Below, piece by piece: positions 20,788 through 30,876 of a DNA stretch of 64,000 bases. Numbering within the stretch: position 1 is the first letter of the stretch; each line of letters starts with the position of its first letter. The DNA is taken from assembly GCA_934130105.1 (NCBI GenBank), contig CAKOXL010000001.1:3431-67430 (forward strand). Direction: 5' to 3'. The notes under the pieces were generated by a model that worked only from the letters and a program-made list of their open reading frames with translations, made no database searches and was not told the origin of the DNA. The DNA is from an uncultured Bacilli bacterium. GTDB taxonomy: Bacteria; Bacillota_I; Bacilli_A; RF39; UBA660. The translations under genes were made by a program, and so were the position numbers.

Positions 20788-21498
20788 TTAGTCCTTGATA
20801 TATATTAGATCTTCATATTTTACAGTTGTATCAAGTTCATTAGCGGCTTTCATAATTTCTTGTAAGTGATAAAAAGAATCACTACTAAATTTAGTTGTAG
20901 TAGGCCAAGCTTCAATACCACGGTATCTTGCGATAACACCAGCTAAATCATTTAAAGATGTATCTGGGAAAAATGATAATATAGCATTAGCCACTTCTTC
21001 ATCACTATGATTATTAACATAATCAAGTCCTTTTTGAATAGCTCTTGTGAATTTCTCTATAATTTCAGGATTTTTTTCTATATAGCTACTTCTAGCACTA
21101 TAAGAAGTATAAGGAACAACACCACCTAATTCTCCAATAGATGCAACAACATAGCCTAATCCTTGCTTTTCTATTTGTAGAGCATTAGGTTCAAATAAAG
21201 TAACAAAGTCTCCTTGGCCACCAATAAAAGCTCCACTCATAGCAGCAAAAGCAACACTTGTATCAATATTTAAATCATTAACAGGATCTATTCCATTTTG
21301 TCTAAGGGCCCATTCAAATGTCATTTCAGGCATACCACCTTGACGTCCTCCAATTACACTTTTTCCTTTTAGATCATCTAATGTAAAATTATCAAACTTT
21401 TGTCTTGATACTAAAAATGAGCCATCTTTTTGAGTAAGTTGTGCAAAAGTTTTTAAATAATCTTTTTCGCCAGCATTATATACATAAGAGGCTGTCTG
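20788..21498 (-). pseudogene. C-terminal two-thirds of an NMT1/SsuA-type substrate-binding protein gene, separated from its 5' part by an inserted element
   Basis: The minus-strand reading frame stays open from 21498 down to 20788 (QTASYVYNAGEKDY...MPEMTFEWALRQNG...), which is the C-terminal half of an NMT1/THI5-like SBP. The matching N-terminal half lies 5.7 kb away at 27174..27473. Confidence 0.7.
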
Positions 21499-21852
21499 CT
21501 AGAGGATAATATATCTAATAAGAGTATATTTGAAAGTGATAATGAGAAAACGTTCTCTAATACCAAGTCATTTATTTAAAAAGTTATTATTAAAAATAGT
21601 AAGTGATATAATTAAAAACACAGTAAAGTTTTAAAACTTTTAAAAATTTATGATACAATATTACCAGAAAAAGATGTTTTATGTTAGATAAAATATTTGA
21701 CTTTAAACAATTAAAAAAGCATACTAGCATAATAGAATCTGTGCACTAGATGTAGAAATAAGAGTTCTTAATTATGAAGACACAATAATTTTGTATGAAA
21801 TAAAAAAATATTTTATGATGACAACTAGATAAATAGGAAAGGAATGTAAATA

Positions 21853-22536
21853 ATGCAAAAGCAAGAAAAATTTGGAGAAAATTTTGAAAAATTGATTGAA
21901 GATTTTTTTAACTATCTAAAAGAAGAAGAAATTAGTATATATAATGAATTTAGTTTTCAACATGAATTGGGAATATACTTAAGAAATATATATCACAAAA
22001 ATTATAAAATTGAATTTGAACGCAACGCAAATAAACATCTTCATATTAACTATGATAAGTTAACAGATTCTAATGAAGAGAGAATAAAAGAAGAAATGGA
22101 TATTTATATATATAATAAAAATGATATTTCAGAAAGATACGCAATTGAATTAAAATATCCACTAAATGGACAGGTTCCAGAGCAAATGTATCAGTTTGCC
22201 AAAGATATCAAATTTATGCAATTTTTAAAAAATAAAGGATTTAGTAAAACTTATTGTATAGTTCTAACAGATAATAAAAATTTTTATATGGGTCAACAAA
22301 AAGGAAGGGTAGCAGATATTTATAAATATTTCCGCAGTAGTATGGAATCATTAACTGGAAAGATTGAAAAACCAACTGGTAAATATCAAAATAATAGACC
22401 ATTTATTAATTTGGAAAAAGAATATCACATTATTTGGAATTCTTGTGAAGTTATACAAACAGAGTACAATATTAAAAACCAATCCTTAACTTCTAAGATA
22501 AATAAATGTAGATATTTCATAATTAAATGTGAATAA
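21853..22536 (+). CDS. hypothetical protein with a PD-(D/E)xK nuclease-like motif (element cargo)
   Basis: 227 aa; ...QHELGIY...MDIYIYNKNDISERYAIELKYP fits the E...D...ExK restriction-endonuclease-fold pattern. Prediction from motif only. Confidence 0.35.
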   Translation: MQKQEKFGENFEKLIEDFFNYLKEEEISIYNEFSFQHELGIYLRNIYHKNYKIEFERNANKHLHINYDKLTDSNEERIKEEMDIYIYNKNDISERYAIELKYPLNGQVPEQMYQFAKDIKFMQFLKNKGFSKTYCIVLTDNKNFYMGQQKGRVADIYKYFRSSMESLTGKIEKPTGKYQNNRPFINLEKEYHIIWNSCEVIQTEYNIKNQSLTSKINKCRYFIIKCE

Positions 22537-22601
22537 ATATAGTAAAAATGTTTTTGAGTAAAAAAATTAAGCTAATATTAAAAATATTAAAGGTATGGTG
22601 A

Positions 22602-23348
22602 TTGAAAGTGAGTTTTGATAGTGATTTAATTGTAAAAAAGATCGTGTTAGAACGAGAAAAAATTCCAAGTTTTGAAAAGTATCCATTTAATATTGAATTA
22701 GTAAAAAATTTTAATGAATTAAATTTTACTTCCCCAGTCACATTTTTTGTGGGTGAAAATGGAGTTGGTAAATCGACCTTTATAGAAGCAATCGCTATAG
22801 CATTAGGATTACCACCAGAGGGAGGCACTGAAAATTTTAAATATAACACAAACAACACTTCATCAAATCTTGCAGATTATTTGAAAGTATTAACCTTTAA
22901 TAAGGCAAAGACTAAATTCTTTTTAAGGGCAGAGAACTTTTATAATTTTTCTACTGAAGTTCAAAGACTAGTAGAAGAAGATGGATTTTACAGTCTATAT
23001 AATTCATATGGTGGAAATTTACATAAATGTTCACACGGAGAATCTTTTCTGCAATTAGTTAAGTATAAATTTACAGATCATGGATTATATATTTTAGATG
23101 AACCAGAGGCGGCTCTTTCTCCACAAAGACAGTTATCATTGCTTTACTTGATAGATCAATTGGCAAAAGATGGAAGCCAATTTATAATTGCTACTCATTC
23201 ACCTATTTTAATAAGTTATCGTGATGGAAAAATATTAGACTTAAATAATGACTTTAAAGAGACAAAATATGAAGATACTGAAATATATTCATTATATAAA
23301 ACTTGCTTAGAAGATTATGAAAATATACAACACAAAATGTTTGATTAA
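22602..23348 (+). CDS. ABC-type AAA ATPase (AAA_15/AAA_21-like, COG3910-like) (element cargo)
   Basis: Walker A GENGVGKST, signature-like CSHGESFLQL, Walker B LYILDEPEAALS, H-loop ATHSP; 248 aa. Confidence 0.7.
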   Translation: MKVSFDSDLIVKKIVLEREKIPSFEKYPFNIELVKNFNELNFTSPVTFFVGENGVGKSTFIEAIAIALGLPPEGGTENFKYNTNNTSSNLADYLKVLTFNKAKTKFFLRAENFYNFSTEVQRLVEEDGFYSLYNSYGGNLHKCSHGESFLQLVKYKFTDHGLYILDEPEAALSPQRQLSLLYLIDQLAKDGSQFIIATHSPILISYRDGKILDLNNDFKETKYEDTEIYSLYKTCLEDYENIQHKMFD

Positions 23349-23447
23349 AAATAAGTAGAATTAATTTTCTCTTTCTTTATACGGAAATAAAAACAATAGA
23401 CAAACTTAAAAAAATGTTTATAATATTTAGAAAAAGGAATTGATACT

Positions 23448-25127
23448 ATGGATATAGACTTAAAAAAAATTAAGAAAAAATATGGCGAAGATTTTGCTCA
23501 CTTGTGCCGTGATTTGTTTCCAACTTTGCTTGAAACGGAAGGACTATTGTATAGTTTGATAGAAAGTAATTTTTATCCTTCTAAATCTTTATATTTCGAT
23601 ATCGTTGATAACAACTTGGAATCAGATTTTCAAAGTTTTATCAATAATTTGGTCATAACCGAAGAAAAAGTAAAAATTGATACAGGTAAAACGCCACAAG
23701 AATTACTAGATGAAGCTGGTTATACCTTATATGAATGTAAAACAGAGCAAGATATTCAAAGTTTTAAAAAATATTTTGCGAAAGGTGAAGAACTTTGTAC
23801 TTTTAATGGTGGAAGACTAAATAGCTGTTACGTATTTTTTGCTGTTAAGAAAAATGTAGATGATATTAAAAGAAAAGATTTTGTTAATCCTCAAAGACAA
23901 GATGAGTATGGAACTTCCGTTATTAGCATTCAATTTACTAAAAATGATCAATCTACTGTATCAATAAAAAACAGATATAATCATAAGGTAACTAACCCTG
24001 ATGCAACGTTTAGTAATAATTTAGATAATATTGTTTATGGTTTAACTATGAGTTTTAAAAATACTTATAACCTTAATTTTGATGATACCAATAACCAATG
24101 GTTTGAAATACCAAAATATGTACGTGCTAGTGATGGTAGAATTTATAAATATAATTATGAAATAGATAATATTTATTATTGTCCTGATAATATAATTATT
24201 GATAATTTTGAAGTAAAAAAATATGAAAAAGAAAGATACATAGTATTGGATTATTTTATCTTAGATATTAAATTAAAGAGAATAGAACCGTATAATAAAT
24301 CTGAATCAGATAGTTTTGTTGATGGACTTGATAACATTGATAAAGTTCAGATTGAAAAGGAAGAAGATAAAAAAAATATATATTTAGATATAGAAGGAAA
24401 TACTATAGTTATAGTGTTAGATAAAGAAAATAGAATAATAGGCTATCGAAATAATGCTATAACATGCATTGGTAATTATTTTTTATATTATAATGAGGTA
24501 GTAAAGAATTTAAGTTTATGGAATGTAAAAAGGGTTGGTCGATGTTTTTTATTTTCAAATGAATGGGGACTAGAATCAATTGATCTGTCATCAGTAGAAG
24601 AAGTTTCTGATAATTTCTTATATAGTAATCTCTCTCTTTCTAAAATAGTAATGCCATATTTAGAAAAAGTAGGAAATTGTTTTATGGCAAGTAATAAAAT
24701 TCTTAATGAGATACGTTTTTCTGAGTTAAAAGAAACTGGCACCAATTTCCTTCACGATAATTTGTCATTAACATGTTTAAACCTTCCAAGTTTAATAAGA
24801 GTAGGAAATGGTTTTATAAGCGACAATCCATTAATTAACCAAGTATCTATGCCTAGTTTAGAAAATGTGGGAGATGAATTTCTATCACATAATGATCGTT
24901 TAAAAGTCTTAATCTTACCCAAATTAAAAAAAGCTGGTAATCAATTTCTTAGATACAATACAAGTTTGTTAAGTTTGAAATTACCTGAATTAGAGTCAAT
25001 TGACGAACCATATTTAGAATTTAACAAATATGTGGTTCCTAAAAATGTATTGAATAGTAGTGCGTTTTCATCTGATTTTAAAAGTAAACAAAAGAAATTA
25101 GGCACCATAAGTACAAAACAGTATTAA
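23448..25127 (+). CDS. cytoplasmic BspA-type leucine-rich-repeat protein with an unknown N-terminal domain (element cargo)
   Basis: 559 aa with no signal peptide. The C-terminal ~200 aa consist of ~22-aa LRR_5-type repeats (GNCFMASNKILNEIRF / GTNFLHDNLSLTCLNLPSL / GNGFISDNPLINQVSMPSL / GDEFLSHNDRLKVLILPKL / GNQFLRYNTSLLSLKLPEL). Confidence 0.6.
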   Translation: MDIDLKKIKKKYGEDFAHLCRDLFPTLLETEGLLYSLIESNFYPSKSLYFDIVDNNLESDFQSFINNLVITEEKVKIDTGKTPQELLDEAGYTLYECKTEQDIQSFKKYFAKGEELCTFNGGRLNSCYVFFAVKKNVDDIKRKDFVNPQRQDEYGTSVISIQFTKNDQSTVSIKNRYNHKVTNPDATFSNNLDNIVYGLTMSFKNTYNLNFDDTNNQWFEIPKYVRASDGRIYKYNYEIDNIYYCPDNIIIDNFEVKKYEKERYIVLDYFILDIKLKRIEPYNKSESDSFVDGLDNIDKVQIEKEEDKKNIYLDIEGNTIVIVLDKENRIIGYRNNAITCIGNYFLYYNEVVKNLSLWNVKRVGRCFLFSNEWGLESIDLSSVEEVSDNFLYSNLSLSKIVMPYLEKVGNCFMASNKILNEIRFSELKETGTNFLHDNLSLTCLNLPSLIRVGNGFISDNPLINQVSMPSLENVGDEFLSHNDRLKVLILPKLKKAGNQFLRYNTSLLSLKLPELESIDEPYLEFNKYVVPKNVLNSSAFSSDFKSKQKKLGTISTKQY

Positions 25128-25225
25128 GAATTACACTAAGTTGTAGTTCTTTTTTTTGATAAAAATAATAAACTCAATCAAACATAAATATATGAAAAAT
25201 TCATAAAATTTTATTAGGTGATGAG

Positions 25226-25408
25226 ATGAAAAAAATCGTTTATTCACAAGATTTAATCTTATCAGAAACACATTTAAATTTAATCCTAGAAAAATTTCTA
25301 TCAAAAAAGTTATACGAAAATAACTTCATTAGTTTTGATACTTTTGAAAAAATAAAAGAAGAAATTGATAATGAAATATCAGAAATAAGATTAGAGTTTA
25401 GAAAATAA
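25226..25408 (+). CDS. small hypothetical protein upstream of the recombinase (possible accessory/directionality factor)
   Basis: 60-aa ORF; position only. Confidence 0.25.
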   Translation: MKKIVYSQDLILSETHLNLILEKFLSKKLYENNFISFDTFEKIKEEIDNEISEIRLEFRK

Positions 25409-25453
25409 ACCATAGTTCTAATAAAAATAAAATTACAGGAAGGGAGATTTATA

Positions 25454-27151
25454 TTGACTTTTGATAAATACAAAAAATATAATTTATTAGAAGAAATAAG
25501 AAAAGAAATTCTATCAGGTAAATCAATTTATGACTTAAAATTAAGAGCTACATTTTATGCCAGAGTATCTAGTGATAGTGAAGAACAAGCAACATCAGTT
25601 GTAAATCAAGTAGATTATTTTACTAATCTAATGAAATCAGTACCTAACTGGACATTTATAACAGGGTATATTGATGAAGGTATTAGTGGTAAAAGTGTAA
25701 ATAAAAGAGATGCTTTTTTAAAGATGATAGAAGATGCCAAAAATGATAAATTTGATTTAATACTAACAAAAAGTGTACCTAGATTTGCTAGAAATACTTT
25801 AGATAGTATCAAATACACCCAAGAATTGTTAAAATATAGTGTCGGTGTCTATTTTTTAAACGATAATATTAATACCTTTTTACCTGATTCAGAATTTCGT
25901 TTAACTTTGATGGCAAGCATTGCACAAGATGATTTGAGAAAACTATCAGAAAATGTAAAATTTGGATTAAAACAGTCAATTAAAAGAGGCATAGTTTTGG
26001 GAAGCAATAATATTTATGGTTATATAAAAAATAATGGTAGTTTGGAAATAGTAGAAAAAGAATCTATTGTTGTTAAAAAAATGTTTACTTTATATGATAG
26101 TTACTTAAGTTTGAAAAAGACTTCTATTGCTTTAGAAAAATTAGGCTATTTTAATCGTAAAGGTAAGCCCTTTGATACAACCACAATTAGAAGAATTTTA
26201 ATGAATCCTAAATATAAAGGCTACTATTGTGGTAATAAAACAACTGTCCTAGATTATAAGTCAGGTATTACTAAAAAGGTACCAAAAGATAAATGGTTAA
26301 TTTATAAAGATAATGAAAAAATCCCCCCTATTGTAGAAGAGGGATTATGGAATAGAGTAAATAGTGAACTAGAAAAGAAACAAATAGGATATCAAAATAA
26401 ACAAAGATTAGTTGTAAGAAGTAATTATGCTTATAGTGGAAAATTGATCTGTAAAGAACACAATATAGCTTATACAAGATCAGGTATTAAAAAGGGCAGA
26501 GTCAATGATTACCGTTACTGGTCTTGTAGATTATATAAAAGGGGAATTAAATATTGTAATAGTCCCTTATTAAAAGAAAGTGAACTAGATATCTTATTTA
26601 AAAATATTATTGCTAAATTTCTAAAAAACAAAGATAAGATAAAAAGAGAATTACTTGATAGAGTAAAACTTCATAATATTGATATCAATCTTACACAAAA
26701 AATAGCTAGTTTAAATAAAAAAATAACGGAATTAGAAGCAAAAAAGGAAAAACTATTAGAATTAGTTACCAATAACTATATAGCTAATCAGGAATTCAGT
26801 AAAAAGAATGAAAGTATAAATAGTGAAATAAATGATATAAAAGTGGAATTAAAAAATATGGAATCAAAAGAACTTTATAAAGATAATAGGAAAGAAGAAT
26901 TAGAAAATATAAAGAAAGAAATAGAAAATCAGTTAAGTGTGAATACTAATTTTACTAGTTTTATGGATTTATTAATAGATAAGGTTTATATATCTAAAAT
27001 AAGTAATAATCGCAACCTAGTAAAATTAGATATTTTATTGAAGACAGGTATGACCAAGTCCCTAAATTACGACAATAAACAACCGATGCAAAATCAATTA
27101 ATAGAATTAAAAAATGAGGGAGTAAGTTTTTTTATGAAAGATATTATTTAA
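25454..27151 (+). CDS. large serine recombinase (resolvase/invertase-type catalytic domain plus recombinase and zinc-ribbon/coiled-coil C-terminal domains)
   Basis: YARVSSDSEEQATSVVNQ (catalytic Ser), resolvase core DLILTKSVPRFARN, C-terminal CxxC cluster (YRYWSCRLYKRGIKYC) and coiled coil. TTG start with RBS ggaagggag. Confidence 0.85.
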   Translation: MTFDKYKKYNLLEEIRKEILSGKSIYDLKLRATFYARVSSDSEEQATSVVNQVDYFTNLMKSVPNWTFITGYIDEGISGKSVNKRDAFLKMIEDAKNDKFDLILTKSVPRFARNTLDSIKYTQELLKYSVGVYFLNDNINTFLPDSEFRLTLMASIAQDDLRKLSENVKFGLKQSIKRGIVLGSNNIYGYIKNNGSLEIVEKESIVVKKMFTLYDSYLSLKKTSIALEKLGYFNRKGKPFDTTTIRRILMNPKYKGYYCGNKTTVLDYKSGITKKVPKDKWLIYKDNEKIPPIVEEGLWNRVNSELEKKQIGYQNKQRLVVRSNYAYSGKLICKEHNIAYTRSGIKKGRVNDYRYWSCRLYKRGIKYCNSPLLKESELDILFKNIIAKFLKNKDKIKRELLDRVKLHNIDINLTQKIASLNKKITELEAKKEKLLELVTNNYIANQEFSKKNESINSEINDIKVELKNMESKELYKDNRKEELENIKKEIENQLSVNTNFTSFMDLLIDKVYISKISNNRNLVKLDILLKTGMTKSLNYDNKQPMQNQLIELKNEGVSFFMKDII

Positions 27152-27173
27152 TATTCCCTTAAACGACCACTAC

Positions 27174-27473
27174 CTAAATACAAGCTTCACTTCCGGAAAA
27201 ACCAATTTGAACATCACCTGATAAAACAGCAGCTGTAACCTTATCAGCACCAGGCGTTAAAATAAGTTCAACATCAAGTCCTTCTTCTTCAAAGAATCCT
27301 TGACTAATGGCAGCATATTGTGGTGCGTAGAAAACAGTATGTGCAACTTCAGCAACTTTAATTTTTTCTAGATTATCCTTCTTATTATCTCCTTTATTTA
27401 GATCAAGAATAAATAAAAGAAAAATCATACCGATAATCAAAATACAAATAATTGAATAAATTATCTTTTTCAT
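27174..27473 (-). pseudogene. N-terminal fragment (signal peptide plus first ~95 aa) of the NMT1/SsuA-type SBP gene split by the element
   Basis: MKKIIYSIICILIIG...KIKVAEVAHTVFYAPQYAAISQGFFEEEGLDVELILTPGADKVTAAVLSGDVQIGFSGSEA, then runs into element sequence (CI*). Confidence 0.7.
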
Positions 27474-27582
27474 ATATCCTCCTTCACTAGTGTATTATAT
27501 GAAAAAATAAAATAAGTGTTATTAAAAAAGTGGTTAGCATTTCTTAGTTATTTGATATAATAATGTCAAATGAAATAGTTAT

Positions 27583-28047
27583 TTGAGGAGTAAACTAAAA
27601 ATGAAAAAATATATAAAAATTATTTTACTAGCAGGTATCATTTTAGGCTTAATATTTTGCAGTTTGATAAAAAGTAATTACCGCACTATATCAGATATTA
27701 AAATTACTGAAAACAATGTATCATTATCTATCAAAGAAAATACACTTACTAATACTGGGGCAACTCTAATCTTAAAAAATAATAGTAACACAGATATTAA
27801 GTATGGTAATTCCTATGAAATAGAAATAAAACATAATAAAAAATGGTACAAACTAGATGGAAAAATGTATTTTACTTTACCGTTATTTTTTTTAGAACCA
27901 AATAAAACGGTAGAATTAGAAGAAAATTGGCAAGATGGGTATAAAAAGCTAAAAAAGGGAACTTATAGAATTATAAAAGAAATTAAAATAGAAAAAGAAA
28001 ATAATACTTTTGATAGTTTCTATGTAGCGGCTGAATTTACGATTTAA
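27583..28047 (+). CDS. hypothetical secreted/membrane-anchored protein
   Basis: N-terminal hydrophobic signal/anchor; 154 aa. Confidence 0.4.
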   Translation: MRSKLKMKKYIKIILLAGIILGLIFCSLIKSNYRTISDIKITENNVSLSIKENTLTNTGATLILKNNSNTDIKYGNSYEIEIKHNKKWYKLDGKMYFTLPLFFLEPNKTVELEENWQDGYKKLKKGTYRIIKEIKIEKENNTFDSFYVAAEFTI

Positions 28048-28151
28048 TTAGGAATAATATAAATGTTAAGAAAAATTGCGTAACTTCCATCTAAAATTGG
28101 TAGAATATAAATACCTAAAATGCTATATTTCTTTAGGAAAGGAGAAAATAT

Positions 28152-28733
28152 ATGAATTTAGGAGAAAAAATAGTTAGTTTAAGAAAGAAAAATAATTTAT
28201 CACAGGAAGAATTAGCAGAGAAGGTAGGGGTAACTAGACAAACTATTTCAAAGTGGGAACTAGAAGAAACAACACCAGATATTAATCAGGCTAAGAAGTT
28301 ATCTAAACTATTTAATATTAGTTTAGATGAATTAACGAATAATGATATCAGTAATATTTTAGTAGAAAAGGTAAGTAATACGGAAAAACTAGCAGGAATT
28401 ATCATAAAAATATTAAAAGCACTTGGTATTTTTATATTAGTTTTTATTGGTATTATCATAGCATTAATTATTTTCTTTAGTGTTGGAAACCATCACGAAG
28501 ATAATACAGTTACTGGTAAAATCTCTGTTAATTGTAGCCTAGATAATGAAGAATATTTATATGAAGTAGAATATAATAAAAACTATCAGATTATTTATGC
28601 CGGAGGAGATGCTTGGATTATGAATCATGTAGATGTAGATCACTATGAAGATGCTAATCAAGCAGTAGCTCACATTGAAGATTATTTTAAAGATCATAAT
28701 GGCTCATGCATTATTTCAGAAGAAGAAAAGTAA
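28152..28733 (+). CDS. XRE-family HTH regulator with a TM segment
   Basis: N-terminal Cro/C1 HTH (LSQEELAEKVGVTRQTISKWE) followed by a hydrophobic helix. Confidence 0.6.
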   Translation: MNLGEKIVSLRKKNNLSQEELAEKVGVTRQTISKWELEETTPDINQAKKLSKLFNISLDELTNNDISNILVEKVSNTEKLAGIIIKILKALGIFILVFIGIIIALIIFFSVGNHHEDNTVTGKISVNCSLDNEEYLYEVEYNKNYQIIYAGGDAWIMNHVDVDHYEDANQAVAHIEDYFKDHNGSCIISEEEK

Positions 28734-28882
28734 TACCTAAAAAATAAAAATTTTATCTAAGAAAAAAACATAATTTAATTAAATTTATACCAAAAGGTAA
28801 GTAGCTAACATAAAAGTGCATACTTACTTTTTCTTTTTTCTTTTTCTATAATGATAATGTCAAAGAAAAAGCGCTTAAATCT

Positions 28883-29704
28883 TTGAAAAAAGAAATGGAG
28901 GAAATAAAAATGGAAAAGAAAAAAATAGAATTAGAAAAAGGAGAAGTATTTGTTTATGATTTTGGTAGTATAAAACTTTATAACTACAACACTAATGATT
29001 TTATGAATGATCAAGTTATCATGTTAGAAAAAAATCAAAAGTTAGTAGTTATTGAATCACCTACCTTTTATGATAATAATCAAGAGCTTGAAAACTATAT
29101 TAAGTCATTAAATGTTACAGTAGATGGTATTTTGCTTTCTTATCATATGAGTGGTGGAACTTTCTTAGAAAATAGTAAAAGTTATGCTACACACAAGGCT
29201 GATGAATATGGTCATGTTGGTGGTGGCAAGGGCTTAATAGATAGTTTTATATCAGCGTTTGGAGAACCATTTGATAAAAATATCCACAAAATAACAGATT
29301 ATATCGATACCAATAAAATTACTTTAGCAGATATAAAAATGAATATTATTCCAACAAACGATGCTTACGACATTGAAATCCCAGAAATAAATGTTATCTA
29401 TACACATATGTTAGGTAGTAAATGCCATTCTATTATCGCTGGTGTAGATCACGCAAATAATATGATTGAAACACTAAGAGGTTATATTGAGAAAAATTAT
29501 AATTTAATCTTAACATCACACTATATTCCAGAAGATATTACGGCTGTAAATGAAAAGATTACTTATATTGAAACTCTATTAAATATAGCTAGTATTTCTA
29601 ATAATAGTAATGAAATGATTACGAAATTAAAAGAAGAATATCCTGATTATAGTGGAGATAATTATTTAGAAATGACAGCAAACTTCTTTTTTCCTAATAA
29701 TTAA
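28883..29704 (+). CDS. hypothetical protein
   Basis: 273-aa ORF; flanked by GGTAAGTA...TACTTACC palindromic motifs. Confidence 0.4.
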   Translation: MKKEMEEIKMEKKKIELEKGEVFVYDFGSIKLYNYNTNDFMNDQVIMLEKNQKLVVIESPTFYDNNQELENYIKSLNVTVDGILLSYHMSGGTFLENSKSYATHKADEYGHVGGGKGLIDSFISAFGEPFDKNIHKITDYIDTNKITLADIKMNIIPTNDAYDIEIPEINVIYTHMLGSKCHSIIAGVDHANNMIETLRGYIEKNYNLILTSHYIPEDITAVNEKITYIETLLNIASISNNSNEMITKLKEEYPDYSGDNYLEMTANFFFPNN

Positions 29705-29786
29705 TTACTACTATTAACACTTACTAAAAGGTAAGTACTTACCAAAAATACCATGTAATGCTATAATGAATCTGGGAGTTGATAAT

Positions 29787-30101
29787 ATGGCTAAAACTTA
29801 TACTAGTTGTCCTGTTGAATATACAGCATCTATTATTTCCAATAAGTGGAAAGTTTTAATTTTAAGAGATTTAATTACTGGAACCAAAAGATATAATGAA
29901 CTGAATAGATCAGTAGTAGGAATATCAGCTAAAGTGTTAACTGAAAATTTAAAAGACTTAGAGCAAGATGGTATTGTAAATAGAAAAGTTTACCCTCAAG
30001 TACCACCAAAAGTAGAATATTCACTAACTGCTAAAGGTTTAGAATTAAAAGATGTAATAGACAAGATGAAAGAATTTGGTATGAAATATAAGGACAAGTA
30101 A
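29787..30101 (+). CDS. HxlR-family (MarR-like) transcriptional regulator
   Basis: CPVEYTASIISNKWKVLILRDL...RYNEL... typical HxlR wHTH; ATG start at 29787 within the ORF-track ORF 29766..30101. Confidence 0.75.
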   Translation: MAKTYTSCPVEYTASIISNKWKVLILRDLITGTKRYNELNRSVVGISAKVLTENLKDLEQDGIVNRKVYPQVPPKVEYSLTAKGLELKDVIDKMKEFGMKYKDK

Positions 30102-30102
30102 G

Positions 30103-30876
30103 ATGAAAGAAAAACTATTAGTAAAAATAATTAAATATTTAATAGAAGAAGAAAATTATAATATCAAAATACCAAATTCTTATCATGAATTAAAAAATTT
30201 ATATAAGACACTTGTGAATATAAGACTACCAAAGCAAGTAAGTGAAGAAATTTTAAAGTTAGAAGATGCATATTTAAAATTAGAATTAAATGATAAAGAA
30301 GTAACTGATGCCAATGATTTAAAAGAAATAGATAAAAATATAATTTTGTGGCGTGGTGATATTACGACTTTAAAATGTGATGTGATTGTGAATGCAGGAA
30401 ATCACGATGGACTGGGTTGTTTTAATCCTAATCATAAATGTATTGATAACATAATCCACACGAATGCCGGTATGAGATTAAGACTTGAATGTAATGATAT
30501 TTTAAAAGGTAACAAAATAAAAAATGGCGAATTTATAGTATGTAGTGCTTATAATTTACCATCTAAAAAAGTAATCACAACAGTAGGACCTCAAGTTTTA
30601 GGAAGTATTACGAAAGAAAATGAAATAGACTTATCAAACTGTTATAAAAATACTTTAGAGTATGCTATTAAAAATAACTATAAACAAATAGCATTTCCTA
30701 GTATCTCAACAGGATTATTTTCTTACCCAATAGGAAAAGCTAAATTTATTGCTTATAATTCTGTAAAAGAAGTATTAAGTAAATATAATACCAATATAAA
30801 AGTGATTTTTAATGTCTATAGTGAGGAAGATTTACATGAATACAAAGAATTATTTGAAGATAAAAAAATTAATTGA
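30103..30876 (+). CDS. macro-domain protein (ADP-ribose binding/hydrolase) with an N-terminal extension
   Basis: ILWRGDITTLKCDVIVNAGN...GPQVLG...AFPSISTGLFSYP macro-domain motifs. Confidence 0.7.
   Translation: MKEKLLVKIIKYLIEEENYNIKIPNSYHELKNLYKTLVNIRLPKQVSEEILKLEDAYLKLELNDKEVTDANDLKEIDKNIILWRGDITTLKCDVIVNAGNHDGLGCFNPNHKCIDNIIHTNAGMRLRLECNDILKGNKIKNGEFIVCSAYNLPSKKVITTVGPQVLGSITKENEIDLSNCYKNTLEYAIKNNYKQIAFPSISTGLFSYPIGKAKFIAYNSVKEVLSKYNTNIKVIFNVYSEEDLHEYKELFEDKKIN

Larger units (their letters stand above)
21499..27176 (+). mobile_element. ~5.7 kb integrative element with a large serine recombinase at its right end, inserted in the SBP gene of the ABC transporter operon
   Basis: The SBP ORF halves abut the element at 21498 and 27177. 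The junctions share an imperfectly similar core (left TACATAAGAGGCTGTCTG|CTA, right CTA|AATACAAGCTTC). The serine recombinase gene ends 25 bp from the right junction. Confidence 0.6.
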
